DNA of 64,000 nucleotides from Felis catus (taxonomy: Eukaryota). Of this stretch, positions 11,193 through 25,268 are shown piece after piece. Location of the stretch: the NCBI RefSeq assembly GCF_018350175.1, contig NC_058368.1, forward strand, positions 176,516,001 to 176,580,000, read 5' to 3'. The notes under the pieces are model-generated. The model was given only the letters and a program-made list of their open reading frames with translations. It searched no databases and was not told the origin of the DNA. Every line of letters starts with the position of its first letter. Within the stretch, counting starts at the first letter, position 1. Made by a program: the position numbers and the translations under genes.

Positions 11193-14100
11193 TCATCACT
11201 GGGTTTTTTTTCCCCTCATGATTTTAATGATAGTGCATTTTCAATGGGAAAATGTTAGAAAATATAGAAACAAGAAATGTATAAATAAAAGTTGCACACA
11301 CTCCCACACCACCCAGAGACAGGAATTGTCTACTGGTTGCAGTCTTTTCTTCTAGTCTCCTCCTAGGCTGTAGATAATGTGATGCATATTCTCATTAAGA
11401 CACAGAGAGTTTCACGGGATATTTAATTCTAATGATACTGGTAAGGGCACAGGTGTCTATACTTCCCTTCCCAGAAGAAGCATCTACACCTCCTTTCCCA
11501 GAGAAAGTCTTTGATTTTCTTCCTCTCCGGGTCACCAGCTCACCCCATCGTGGTTACTGACTCCAGGAGCCCGGGGCGTAACCGGCCCATGGCTGTGAGG
11601 GTTTCTAGGTAAGCCCAGGACTAGGGTTCTGAGGCTGTGCCCAAGGTCGGGGAATCAGCCTGGCTCCAGAGCCAGAGCCCTTGTTCACCCCAAGGTGGGG
11701 GTGGTGGAGGGCAGGTGAATTACTGGGGGGGGGGGGAGGGGAGTCGTTCGTGCCCCCTCCCCCAGCAAAGGTTCTAAATAAGGCCCTGGAATCTGCTGTG
11801 TCAAGAGACAGCTGAGAATCCATGTGGCCCAGGATCCTCTGCACCTGGCCCCAGACTGATTTGTGGGGGGTGGGGGTGCTGGAAAGCTAAGACCCGCTCT
11901 GCCACATTTTGCCACCCTCTAGCCTTTCTGAGAAAGAGACTTCTCAGAGAAAAGAACAGCGCGTGAAATACACGAGATGTTAAACCTGGCCCCGGGAAAT
12001 GAAAGTCCTGGTTCTCTGTACTGAGAGGCGGTGGTCACTTTTCCGCCAAGCTAGGAAAGAAAGAACAGCTGTCATGAGAGGTTTGGTGCCGTGGGTGGTC
12101 TCCCAGAACCCTCCTGGTAGCCCTAGGAGGTGGCTGTCACTGACCCCTTCACAGCCAGGCAGAAACTGAGGCTGGCAGAGGCCGGGTGACTTTGTGGTCA
12201 CACAGGGTTGGGGTGACTCTAAGACAGGCACTGTTCGCCCCTAAGCTCTCCTGCCCCAACCCCGGGGCCATCCAGGCCCTGTTTGTGGCTTCCTTCCCTC
12301 CAGGCACTGAGCATTCTGCAGGATTGAATTCCTCCTCTGTCCCCCACCTCCCCTGCCCCTCCTTCCTCCATCCCTGCACAGGCAGGAAACACGGGCCCCC
12401 AGCCCTGGCCTTCGCATATAAATATTTGTCTAGCAAATTAATAAACACAGAGGGGAGGCCTGCAGTAAAACCAGGCAGGAGCCGCGTCCTCTACCACAGG
12501 TATCTCTATCGTGCACAGCTGCGCAGCACGGTGTGAGCGTGGGAGGAGGGGGTTGATGGGGGGGGGGGGATAAGCGTCAGATGGCGGGGTGCAGGGGTTT
12601 GACACACAGACTCTGGAGCCAGGCTGTCTGGATCTGACCCCCAGCTTCTCCGCTGTGTGACCTCAGGCAAGTTACTGCGCCTCTCTGCGCCTGTCCCCTT
12701 CTCCGTGAAACGGTAGAGTGGAACATAGTCCGTGCAACAAGATATTAGGGAAGCCGAGTCGAGATTCCAGGATGAAGTCACTTTGTGACTTCCCTGCGCA
12801 AGGAAGAGACCGCTTACTTGCACCAGGAGGATCCTCAGAGGGGGCTAATGCCTGAACTGTTCTGGAATTCTCCTGCCTGAAGCCCACCAATGACTTCTCT
12901 GCTGTCCTCAGAACTAACCCAGAGCAGGTTTGTTTATTGTCTCCATGGCTCGCAAGGCTCCACGCGGTCTGGAACCCAGACTGACCTCTCAGTTTCACCC
13001 CCACACACTTGCTCTGCTCACAGCTTCCCCACCACGGCCTCACTCTCCCCTCCTGCCTCCCAGCAGCCCCTCGGCCCCAAGCCCCAGAGGGTTTTTTGAC
13101 TCATTCTCTTTCTCTCATACCCCACAGCCTGTATCCTTAAACCAACCTCCTCTTCCGGGAGCCACCACCGCTCGCCCCTCAGGCCTGGCCAGTCCTCTCT
13201 GCAGCAGGTGCCTCCTACCTTGAATCCTTGCGTCTGCCTGCACTCTTGGCTCACAGGCAGCCAGGAAGATCCTTTGAAAACACAACTGCGATAATGTCAC
13301 CTCGGTGCACTCAACAAGCCAGTGGCTTCCCATTGTAGTTGCGGGAAAACCCTAAATCGTTATAGCTCACCAAGCTCCAGACCTCAGGGTCCAGTTCCCC
13401 TCAACCTCCTCTCCTCCTGCCTGGTCACTCACCTGCTTTAACCACACAGGCCTCTTTGCTGTTCCCCTCGGAGCCCGTGTACCTGCCTTTTTCCTCCCCC
13501 CAAATGTCTTTCTCCAGACGCTTCTGTGGTGGATGCCTTCCCTTCCAGGTCTCTGCCCAAATACCACCTCCTTAGAGCTTCCCCGGACCCCCAGCTGCTG
13601 TGCCCTCAACTCTCTCTCACATGTACACCCTAATTCTCCTCTTCACCCCTTACCCACCTTAGTTTTTCTTCTAAGTGCTTACTTCCACCCGAAATTATTT
13701 TACTTGTAAAGTGTATAAATTAAAAATGTTACAATACTGTCCATCTCTCTAAAGCATAATCTCTAGAAGAGCATGAACAGTGAAGGAAAAGAAGAAAGGG
13801 TAAAGGAATTAGGGGCAGATCTGGCTGAGTGGAGGCAGGCAGGAAGGAGGCAGAGGTGAAACCTGGGCGCTAGGATCTCTGGGGGAATGGCGGGTCGAGC
13901 TCAGGGAGCCGGCACAAGGCCCTGTGGAATGAGGCTGAGGGTGACTTTCGGAACAAAGTATATGGAGCTGTAAATACCAGAAGGGGAGCCGTGGAACCCA
14001 GAAGCAGAATTCAGTATTGGCCCTAAAGCCTCTTCCATCTCTCTGGAAGGCAAGTTATAACTTCTGGAAAGGACGGTGAGGGTCGGATCCTATAGATCGT

Positions 14101-15989
14101 ATTCCAGGCTTGGCCTGAGCTGCTCTCCTGACCATCCTCTGAGCCGGGAGGGTGTGGACTCAAGATTTGGGGCCAAGGAGGAACTCGCAGCGTCACGCCC
14201 TCTGGAATGCTGTGGCGGTGATTAACGCGCTCCAGATTTGCACAGTTCCCGTCAGAACATGAAACCAGAGGAAAAAAAACCCATGAGGCCCAGATTGATC
14301 AGCGCAGAACTTAGCAACAGCACACCAAGCTGTAGCCAGCCCACTTCTGCAGCGAGGGGCTTTCCGCCAGGCCTGGGGCTTGGGAACTCCGAGCGGGCTC
14401 TGCTGTCTCTGGCTGGTTTGCAGGGCCCAGAGGCCCACCCCGTGGGCCATTGCGGTGGTGGGTCTGCGACTTGTGCTGGAACCCCAGGGCATCCCAGAGA
14501 TGGCCTACAATCCCTACGGGGAGCCTGAGAAAGGAAGGCTGGTGGGTGTCCCCACGCTTGGCCACCTTGGGAACCCTGGTTCACTCTGCTGGTTGATGGG
14601 CTCACCAGGCCCACACCTTTGCCAGGAGCTGACAAGAGCGTGGGGGGACTTCTGAGTTTCAGAAACATCCAGATCACCCCGGCATTTCACGGTGAGTCAC
14701 AGCCTCCGGTCTTCACCATGACATCTGGACGGCAAGGAACTTGGCCGGCTCCCGACCCAGTTCCTCAGTGCCTCCTCCCTCCACCAGGCCAGCTGCACAC
14801 TCCCTGGGCCAGCATGATCGTGTTATAAAATATCTCAAGCATATGGAGGTTCATAAAATCGTACTGGGGACAAGCACCCCTCACTCCTGTTTAACTCCGT
14901 GGTTTGCCTGATCTGCCTCGCTCTTTCTCTTTCTCTCTCTCTCTCATAAGAAATCAAATGTACAAAACCTGTGTGAGCATGGCCGTGGTAGGTAGCGCTG
15001 GTGGGGTATCCCCGGGCGTGTCTAGGGAGAGAGCAGACCCGCGGAGCTGGATTGCATCTATCGTGGGGTGCCTGGCAGATATCTGACAATGCATCTGGCA
15101 CATAGTAGGTGCTCAGGAAGAAGTGGCTTTCCTGATATCGTTGCAACCCATCCACACGCAGCCTGTGAGTCAGGCGGTCTGCAAATGGGGAAAGAGATGC
15201 CAAGAGCAGGGCTCAGGGTCACTCGGCCAGGAAGGGGACCGGGACTATAAGTCTTGGGAGTAGAGAGAGGACAGCCACTGGTCTCCCAGTGCCCTCCCTT
15301 CCTGGGGGTGCAGGGAAGAGGGCCATGTCCAGGCTTGGGTCCCCCAAAGAGGTGCTGAAGGTAAGAGCCCACCGGAAAGTGACTTCATTTCCGTAACTCA
15401 GCCGTTTGGGGAATTCAAGGCAGGGCCAGGGGCTCCTCCAGGGATGGGGTCTCCAGGCTCACCCTGACGGCCCCTTTCTCTCCCTCTGCAGCAGCCACCA
15501 CCTGCCCTGGTTGGACGGCTCCTGGCCTCGCTGCAGTGGCAGGGGGTGAGGGCAGACTCGTTGCAGCTGGGGGTCCCCAAGGGATGTGAGAGGATCCAGC
15601 ATCTGGGAATGCAGCAACCCTCACACCTATTCACCTGACTCACAGACTCTAGCTTAGTGACTGTGTAGCTTATGAAGGACAGGACCCAGTCCTGTCCTCC
15701 AAGGACCCCATCTTAGGCCCCACCTCAGAGCAGGCCAGTGGTGGGGGATCCCTCTGGAGCCCCAAGTCCCCAGGATGGACTCCCTGCTCCAGCAGTGACC
15801 AGCTGTGTGTTCCCGTGTGGGTAGTTCTCCTCCCCAGGTCTCAGTGCTTCATCATCTGTGAGCTATGAGGATGGGGTGATCGATGTGGCCTGTTCCCAGT
15901 ACCACATATATGACCGCCTTTATTCCAGTAAATACTCGGGTGCTCCTGCCACCCTCCACACCACTGTGTTGTTCTAAACAGCATTTTTT

Positions 15990-16167
15990 TCAGAGTGGAG
16001 GTTCCCACATCACCAGCAGCAGTGTCACCTGGGAACCTGTTAGAAATGAAAATTCCCCGGCCCCACCCCAGACCTACTGAATCAGGAACTCTGGGGTGGG
16101 GCCCAGCAGTCTGTGTTTAACAAGCCCTCCGGGGGATTCTGATGCCTGCCCGTGTCTGGGAACCACT
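15990..16167. mobile_element. MER5A hAT-Charlie MITE
   Basis: cacctgggaacctgttagaaatg...cccagacctactgaatcag...tttaacaagccctcc...gggaaccact. Confidence 0.85.
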
Positions 16168-16659
16168 TTTTTAGGGCATCAGCCTGACTGTATTGTGTTC
16201 TTGCTCTAGACCCTTCCATGGCTCCCCATGGCCTTCTGGATAAAGTCCAAGGATCTGACCGGTGGTTGAAGCCCTCCCCTGATGGCCCTGACTGATGCGC
16301 TGTGGTCTATTTCCCTGATCAGATAGCAGGCTGCTGGAGGGCAGTGACTGTGACTCACGCCTCCGTCCTGTGTGCCTGGCCCCCAGCTGGGCTGGCAGGC
16401 TTCGCAGAAGGCGGGAGAAAATCGTGGCCTGCGCTGACTACATGTGTGGTGCCCAGTGGCAGTCTGAGGTTCAGATTCCGGCCTTCACTCTATGGCTGTG
16501 TGAACCGGGCACGTTGCTTCACTGTTTGGAGCCTCAGTGTTCCCATCTAGGGAATGGGCATAGTGATAGGGTCTGCTTCGGGCGACTGTGAGGAGATTAA
16601 CTCCAATCACCAGTACAAAGTGCTGAGCCTGGTGCCTGGAAGGTGCCTTAGAGAATCAA

Positions 16660-16900
16660 GGATCCACAACCTTTTATCCAAACCTGGGGCCAGAGGTTTC
16701 AGAATTCTGAGTTTTCCAGATTTTTAAAAAGGGAAAACATACCATAGGTAACACAGCACTGCCAACGGGGAGTTTTCTATGAGAAACAACAACACTGATA
16801 TTTCTGTGCCAAAGTGTGTAAATATGCAAAGTAACTGCAAATAACAAAGAGTGGCAACAACTGGCTTCTCATCAGTGCAGGTCATGCTGAGCCTCTTGGA
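16660..16900. mobile_element. MER46C-like Tigger MITE
   Basis: ttatccaaacctggggccagagg...cagattttt...gatatttctg...tcagtgcaggtca resembles the recalled consensus. Confidence 0.5.
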
Positions 16901-19900
16901 CTTTTCCAGAAGGGAGCCATCGAAAGGAACACAAGAGCGACATGGTCAGGTTGATGCCCCGAAACAGCAGTGCCCAAGCGTGAGTGCTCATCAGAAATCC
17001 CTGTAGGGGTTGGTACACACAGCCAGCCGAGCTCCACACACAGTCATTCGGACCTCACGGTAGTCATTGAGGAAGGTGTGGTCACTCTCCCATTTTACAG
17101 AACACTTTACAGAACACTGAGGCTCGGGGAGACGAAGTTACTTGGTTGGGGCCTCACAGCTCAGTGGAGGGCAGGGATTGGGACTTGCCACATGACCTTT
17201 GGGGCCACATTTACAAAAATCTTTTGGTTTTCGGGAACGAATTGCCCTCATGCTGGCTTTAGGGAGAAGCCCGTGACGGAGTGAAAGAACACAGGCTTGA
17301 GGACTCGAACCGGTTCTGCCATTTCCTCACAGTTGCATCTCAGCCAGGTGACCTTGCCTCACTGAGCCTCAGTTTCCCCATCGGCAAATCGAGATCAGCA
17401 GTCGTTCTTTGGCAGGGCTGAGGGAGAAGGGGCTGGGATGAGGCGGGGCACTCTGCGGGCACTCAGGAGGGGCAGCGCTGGTGCTGACTCTGCTCTCCTC
17501 TGGGGTGTCAGGCTGAGCCCCAGAATTCCCCAGGCCCCACCCCCAGCCCACACTCCAACGTGCCTGGGCCTGGGCCCTGGAGCGAGGAGGAGCTCTCCTA
17601 TCCTGTGTAGCCCAGATATTGTGGAGGCCTGTTGGTGTCTCTCCATGGTGACAGTGCCTTGAGCTGGATGGAGGTGACGTAGCTGCCTGTGTCGGGCCCC
17701 CACGGGTGCGGTCGTGCCCCTAGGACACTGAGAGAAGCCGGCTGGCACGGCCAATGCCCTCTGAGTGACACTGCAGGGGCAAGCTGGGCCCTCGCTTCCT
17801 GGAATCCAGCAGACGGGTGCCCAAGTCCGTGTTCCGATGCTTCGCTTTCCCGCCAGGCTGGGTCGGAAGCAGTCGCATTTCCAATCCGGGCACTGTCTCT
17901 ACCTCCCTCTCTTGAAAACTCTTCTTTTAAGGTTTGGCGTTCGCCAGGCACCACAGTGGGTTAGGGAGCTCCAAGTTCCAAAGCCAGAGGCCTGGGTTCA
18001 AATCCCAGCTCGGCCAATGGCCGGCGGTGTGATCTGGGGCAGGTTACTTGACTCTGTGCCTTCATTTCCTAATCTGTGAAGGAGCAGACACCTCCGTCCT
18101 CCCAGGGGCTCAGATGAAAACCCCGGAGACATCTTGGACTCTCCTCTGTCTCGCATGCCCGCATCTGATCTGACTCTCAGGAAGTCCGGTTGGCTGTGCT
18201 CTCAGATGTATCCAGATACCCAGATTCCAGTGACATCTTTCCCTCTCCAGCTCTACCCCGCTGCTCCGAGCCACCGTGTCTCTCAACTCCCTGTCCTTTC
18301 TGCTCCCACGCTGGCTCACCGATAGCTGACTCTCAGGGCCCTGCAACCAACGGGAGGACCAAAGTCTTCCCAGTGGCCCACGGGTCCACACCACGTGGCC
18401 TCACCTCCCCCACCTGTTGCCCCTCCCACCTCTCCCCAGGCTCACCCTGCAGGACTCCCCTGGGCTCCCTCGAGTCCTGCCCTGATATGTTGCCCTGACC
18501 ATTCTGTCTGTCTGGAATGCTCTTCTTTCTCCAGGTACAGGCCTGGCTTGCTTTCTCACCTTCTTTGGGCCTTTGCTTGAATGTCACCTTATCTGACTCC
18601 AGTGTTTAAAGGGCAGCCCCCCCCCCAGTCCCCCAGATCCTTTGCATACCCCTCCTTGCTTTAGTTTTCCTCATAGCCCTAATCACTATTTAGTACGTCC
18701 TCAATTTTCCTTTAGTTGTCCGTACCTCATTCTACTAGAACATAAGCTGCAGAGGGCTGGGAGTTTTGAGTATTTTGTTCTCAGCTCTAGCGCCTGAACC
18801 TAGAATGGCCTGTGGCCCACAGTAAGTATGTAATATTGTTGAATGAATGAATGCAGGTAGGGGTAGTGTAAACCATGGTTTTTGTCGTGAGGATTGAACG
18901 CGTTTAATGCAAAGCACTTAGAACATGCAGCGCTCGCCAGAAGCACCCAATACGGTTGCTGTTGTTGTTGGGGCTGCAGTCTCTGCTCCAGAGAGCTCAG
19001 AGTGCAGCAGAGGGAGGGGCCGATCCTGCCCCTGCCAGGAAGATGTCCCGGAAGAAGGCTCAACAACACCTGCAGACCCCCCCCCCAACCCGGGGCTGTG
19101 AAAGGGCCCAGGGCGCCCTGGAAATGGTGAGCAGGCATGGGGTGGTGGAGGGGCCCCAAACAAGGCCAGACTATCTACGCAGCTCCCCCTCTTGAAGCAT
19201 CTGGAATGCCAGGCCAAGGAGTTGGGGCTCTCTCTGGGGGCAATGGGGAGCCTCAGGGAGGCCTGGGTGGGGATGGGGTGGGGCTGGGTGGGGAAAGTGG
19301 GTGAAGACTCTGAAAACCAAGCCTTAAAGGGGAAGGTCATGGCCTTCAACTGAAAGGTTTGTTGTAGCAGTGAGGGGGTGGGAAGGACCAAGGACCTGAG
19401 CTCTCCCTACAAGGGCAGTCTCCATTCTAGCCCCTATGGGCAGGGGGGGGGCTTTCTGGTGAGCAAGAGGGTCCCCCAGTGACTCCACACTGTGCTGGCC
19501 CAGCATTAGGGAGGAAGCAAGTAGCCCATCTCTGGCAGTTTTCCAGCAGAATTCCTGGTGTGCTAGGGAGAAAGGGAGAGTGGCCGGACTGCGTGTCTCT
19601 CTTACCGGCAGGAGGGGCACAGACAGGTTCTCAGTGAGGGGCAGTGAAGTGGGTTCTGCAGGCTGGAGGCCTCTGGGGAGAGCCTCTTCACCAGTGCCTC
19701 CAACCTGAGTTCGGTGAGCACCTACTATGGCCCAGGACAGTGCCAGGGACCAGATGTGCAGAGGACACAGTGTAAGCAAGGCCCCTGCCCTCGTGGGGCC
19801 AACAGGCTAGGGCAGGAGGCAGCAAACCAACTGCGGAGCAGATGAATGACATTGAATTGCAAATGTGAGGATTTGCCTTTCATGGGAGAGAGTGACATGG

Positions 19901-21706
19901 GCTAGAGGTAGCCCGTGGGCTAGAGGCTGGGGGAAGGCCTCTCAGGGAAGATGGCATTTGAGCCAATATGTGCAGGGTTAGCAGGAAGTCTTCGTGCAAA
20001 GAGTGAGGGGAAGAACACTCCAGGCTGTTCTCTCTGCCTCTCTGGCCACTTCCAGTCTAATGATATTCAAGTGGGGTTGGGTTTTCCAGGGCTGGTCAGA
20101 ATCTGCATTTGGGGAATCCATTTTTAGCAGCCAAACCATGATAAGTGAGGCCCAATGTTATGCTCGCTGTGGCCTCCTCTGCCCTTCCAAAAAACAATGT
20201 TTATCACCTGTTCCGCCCTGGCATAGGAAAAAAGGGTTTGGCCAAGCAAGGATTCAAGGGGCAGAAAGGGAGAGTCAGCGCTTTCTTCTTTGGAGGTGAT
20301 AATAATCTTACCAAAGCACAGAAAGAAAACTAATTCAAGTATTTCATTCATTCAAGTACGTATTGAGCACCTACTATGTGCCAAGCATTGTTCTCATGGA
20401 GGGCACATGGCTGTGATTGGGGCAAAGTCTCTACCTTCACAAAGTTTACAGTCTAGCAAGAGACACAGACAATGAACAATCAAGTGAATAAAAAGAACCA
20501 TTTTAGGAGTGAGATGACAATGGCTACGAAGGAAATAAGGCCAGGGCAGAATGGTCTAGCATGCAGCTGGTGATCAGGTAGGGCCTCTTCGAGAGAGTGA
20601 TATTTGAGCTGAATAAAGTGAGGGAGGAAGCATGAGAGGATGTGAGGTGGAGTATTCCATACAGAGGGAGTAGGAAGTGTGAAGGCCCTGAGGCTAGGAC
20701 CCAGTTTAATTGGCGCCAGGAGCCCCAAGGAGGCCAGCGTGGCAGCAGTAATATGAGGAAGCAGAGTGGTGGTAGGACAAGGGGTTAGACAGAGCTGTTG
20801 GGCTCCTCAGGGTGTGGGTAGCTCTGTCTTTGGGGCCCTAGGACTGCCATAGATGTGCTAGGATTCAAGCCAAGTGTCTGCTCTCAGGCACAGACCAGAT
20901 AAGATCCACTCTCTGGGGAGTCGGTGGTCCCACAGCCCACCACACCTCCTCCTCCTTTTGCCCAAGTCTCTCCTTCTAGAACATTCCATTAGTGCAGTTT
21001 GGGTGGCAACAATGGCTGCAGAGGTGGAGGGCTGTAGCCAGGGATCTTGCTGCCTTTGGAGAGAAGGCTGCAGCTGGAGGCGTAAGGCCCTTCGTCTCAG
21101 GTATGGCCCTTCTATCCCCAGTCGATATACTGGCTGCTACTCTCTCCACTGTCGGCTCAGGATACCCCTCTCTGCTTGGGTTGATCAGAAGTCCCCACAT
21201 CCCACACTGGGCCCGCTGGGAGCTCCAGGCCACATGCTGGTCTCTGGCCAGCCTTGTCCGAAGCCATCTTCTTGCACCTCTGTGAGCATCCAGCCCTCCT
21301 TCCTATCCTTCGCCCTCTGAGTCTGGGCTTCCACTTTCCACCTCGTCTCAGCTGGCTCTCAGCTCTGGCCCCATCAGCTGATGACATGCCCAACTGATGG
21401 CCAACTAGTTGATCCCCTGTTGTGGAGGACGATGTTGTGAGTTTGCCCAGTGTTGACACACATCGCTGTGGCCAGGCCATCAGTGGGGCGATGGGGAAGA
21501 AAAGACGTCTGCCCTCAGGGAGCTCGCAGCTGGCAGGGGCCATAGGTATAAAGACTGGGCTGGAGGAGTAAATGGCCCTCTACCACCTACAGCCATCTTC
21601 TTCGGACGTGTGGTCTAGTGTTTGTTTTTTAATGCGGAAAAAATTGAAATCCATAGAAAAGTTGTAAGGATGGCTTAACAAACACCTCTCTGTCCTTTAT
21701 CTGGAG

Positions 21707-22653
21707 CAGTGGTTCTCAGGATGCTTTTGCTCCCCAGAGGACAGGTCTGGAGACCATGTCTAGAGATATTTTTGTTGTTACAACCGGGAGGTGCTCCCCG
21801 CGTCTAGTGGGTAGAGGCCAGGGATGCTGCTAAGCAGGCTAGAATATGTACCATGCTGTGACTGTCCCTCGCACCAAAGAATTTTCTAGTTCTCATTGCA
21901 AGCAGAAAAAAAAAGTGTGGTGATGGATGTTAACTAAACTGACTGTGGTGATCACTTCTCAATATACACATATATCACATCATTACGTTGTACACAGAAA
22001 ACTAATGTAATGCTATATGTCAATAATATTTCAATAAAGAAAAAGAGGTACAATGAAATGAAATCACACTGAAAATCTATGAATGAAAGCCTGGAAAAAT
22101 GGATAATGTGCAAATAGTAGCCAAAGAAAACTAGTGTAGCCATATTAATATCGGACAAATAGATTTTAAGCAACTATATTAATAGGGATTAGGAGGGAAA
22201 ATACATAGAATTAAAGAGAAAATTCTTTAAGAAGGCAAAACAACCATAAATGTACTTGCACCGAAAAGCAGAGCCTCTAAATATATAAAAGGAGAAATGT
22301 AAAAATCCATAACTAATTTGGGATATTTTTAATACACCTCTGTCAAGCAAAAGAGAAAGGTTATAGACTATCTCAGCAACAAAATGTATGATCTTCTCTA
22401 TATATGTAAATAAATAAGTAAATATGCATGTCCCAGCAGAGGATGGGGGGCTTCCTCTTACACAGTGTGGTACTAAATCTCATGATATTTGGACAGTTGT
22501 CCCCTAACAACCCTGGAGATGACATCATTAACGTCCGGCTCAACTCTTACAATGAAGTGACGAATTTGGAATTGCCATGTGCAACTCTGAAGAAAAAAAG
22601 AAAAAGAATTTTATGGTCCGAAATGTCAATAATGACAAGATTGAGAAATCCTG
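21707..22653 (+). mobile_element. MER20, split by a ~720-bp insertion
   Basis: 5' part cagtggttctca...ctagtgggtagaggccagggatgctgctaa...aaagaatt; 3' part ...ccgaaatgtcaataatg..gattgagaaatcctg. Confidence 0.8.
21886..22602 (+). mobile_element. L1 3' end (21886-22048) plus ~550 bp of extra sequence, flanked by a TSD
   Basis: gtgatggatgttaactaaact..tgtggtgatcactt...caataaagaaaaaga is an L1 terminus. TSD AAAGAATTTT at 21876-21885 and 22603-22612. Confidence 0.7.
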
Positions 22654-25031
22654 CTCTGAATCAACCAATAGTCAATGTTTGACTCATGGACTTTAATCTC
22701 TCTCTCTCTGTATATAGATTTATTTCTTCTTTTTCTGCTTCTCTTTCTTGTTCTTTTTCCTCTTCTTGCCTTCCTCCTTCTCCTCCTTTTTCTTCTTCTG
22801 CTTAACTCTTTCAGAATGAGTGGTAGACATCATGACTCTTTGCCCATAAATACTCCAGTGTCCCTCTGCATAAGTATAATACACATTTGATACGGAATGA
22901 TTATCTTATATACAGTTTATATTCAGAGGTTGCCAACTGTCCCAGTCATATCCTTGATTGCATTTCTTTTTCTCACCTGGAATCCAGCCCAGAGTTAGGC
23001 CTGTATTCAGTTGTCCTGTCCCCTTTCCCTCTTTTAATCTGGAACAGTTAGTTCTGCAGCCCTCTGTATCTTTCATGACCTTGACATTTCTGCAGAATAC
23101 AGGCCCATTGTGTCGTAGCGCGGCCTTGTCCTTCAGTGTGGGTTTGTCAGGTTGTTTCCTCCTAATCAGATCCAGGTCCTGCATTTTTGGCAGGGATCCT
23201 CAACAGCATTGCTGAGTCCTCAGTGAATCACATCAGGAGGCATGTGATGTCTGATGGTCCTCACTGATCTCTTGGCTGAACTGGTGTCTACCGGATTTCT
23301 CCCCTGCAAAGGCTTGCTTTCTCCTTTTGGGATTAACAAGCAATATGGAGGCTTATCTTTGGAGGCTGTGTCTATATCCTGCCCACCCCCAACAAACCAC
23401 CGCCTGGGCTGATTCTTACCTAAATCCATTTTTACTCTTTTGGAGCCAAATGGTTTTCTCACTCCATTCTTCCTTGATGATTCTGACCTGATGATTCGCC
23501 AGCATCCGTTGATGATAAATGAGTTCATTTCTACTATGATGGCTGTCGGTTGGTGATCTTATAAACCCATCATTCCCTCTTCACTTATTAGTTGGCATTC
23601 TTCTATAAGGAAGAGTTTTCCCTCCCTGTCCCCTGCTCCTTCCTGTCTTTTTTTTTTCTTTGTTTTATATTCATCCGAGTGAATTCACGGACTCTTTTTT
23701 TATTCGATATGTCATCATCCATTGCCGTCCTTGTTCAAGGCTCGGTCAGTGCTCAGGTTGTCCCAGAGTTGGCTGCACTGGTGTCTTCAAGCTGGCTCCT
23801 GCCCGCTTTTGGTGTCTCTCCATCATTCTTTGGTCATCTCAGTACCTTCTGCCAAAACCTGATGTTCCAGGCTCATCTTGTATCTTTCCTGTTTCAGCCT
23901 TGGAACCATCCGTTTCCCCAAATCGCCCTGCTTCCTCTTACTGGGGAATGATATAAGCCAAGATCTGTGTGCTTTCTGGGCTTGTTGTTATCGGGGTGTC
24001 TCCGATCCTGGGCCCTCTCAGCAGAAAGAACTAGAAATCCACATTCATTTGTGTTTTGATAAATTTACATCATGAGCTCATCCTTTTACCTCACACCCAA
24101 GTCCACATCTCCCTCATCATCTCCCTTCCATATCTGGATCTCCCCTGCTGAACACCGCGACAGCCTCAACATTAATTAATGCGTTGCTCGTCTGCTCTGT
24201 GCTCCAATAACCACAAAATAGCTTCAGACCTGGTGAGCGACAGGTAACCCTATTAAGTAAAGCTCAGGCTGTCCGTCCATTTCAATTGCCTATAGATTGA
24301 GGGTAACGTAGTCTTTCAGCGGTGTTGAGAGGTCTCTTGGATTCGTTCTTTGTCCCCTCTCCGTAGCATCGTGCTATCGCGGGGATGTGATATCAATTTG
24401 TTATGCAGTTAGATTCATTTGCTTTGAACTTAATTTTAGGTTTTACCTATCCTTATTGATGTCACTTCACACCTGGCTTAATTCCGCTTCGCCTCTGCTT
24501 CCTGAGATGTTGGACGACATCGTGAGCTAACAATGCTGGGGTGCTGGTGGTGCTGCTGGGAGCCCTCTGTGCTTCAGGGTTTCCCAAAGCGTGGGCTGCA
24601 CACCGCTGGCTCTGGCAGAGAGGACTTTTATACAGACGTGGCATTAAGTAGCAGTAAATCCCGCGGTGAGAAAAGCATTCTTCTTCCGGTTCCCCTTCCT
24701 TCTCTGATGACTTCTGGAGGAACATTTTACGCTTCTGCTCCCACGAGATGGAACCCTCAGACGCAGCCCGCAGAGGGCAACGATATTTAGGCAGAAGACA
24801 ACCTTGGCTTCTTTACCTCTTTGTTTCTGAGAGCCCGGCTGTCTGGTTTCCGTGGTAACCCTGCTGCTTTCCAGCGGTGGCCTCGGGCAAGTTACTTAAG
24901 GCCTGCGTGCCTCAGTTTCCCCATCTCTATGCTCGAGATATAATGGCACCCCGCCATAGGACTCTTACGAGGATGGATGGGTTAATGGGCCTAGTGGAGT
25001 GCCTGGCACGTGGTAAGCACCAGCTATATTC

Positions 25032-25064
25032 ATTTAATTTTTAATTTTTTTTTATTTTTGACAC

Positions 25065-25095
<31 letters not shown>

Positions 25096-25268
25096 CAGAG
25101 CATGAGTGGGGGAGGGGCAGAGAGAGAGGGAGACACAGAATCCGAAGCAGGCTCCAGGCTCTGAGCTGTCAGCACAGAGCCTGACGAGGGGCTCGAACTC
25201 ACAGACCTCGAGATCGTGACCTGAGGCAAAGTCGGACACTCAACCGGCTGAGCCTCCCCGGGCGCCCC
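25032..25268 (-). mobile_element. CAN-SINE
   Basis: Typical body. TSD cagctat(a/g)ttcat. Confidence 0.92.

Larger units (their letters stand above)
21625..24830 (-). mobile_element. Ancient L1MC-type 3' region, interrupted by MER20
   Basis: atagaaaagttgtaag... at the start resumes at ~22660 as accaatagtcaatgttt. Further typical motifs follow (tctttcatgaccttgacattt, gttccaggctcatcttgta). Right boundary approximate. Confidence 0.6.

Noticed and set aside
20874..21320. Coding-looking stretch considered as a second pseudogene
   Set aside because: No frame resembled a protein I recognise. A BLASTX search would be needed to reopen this.
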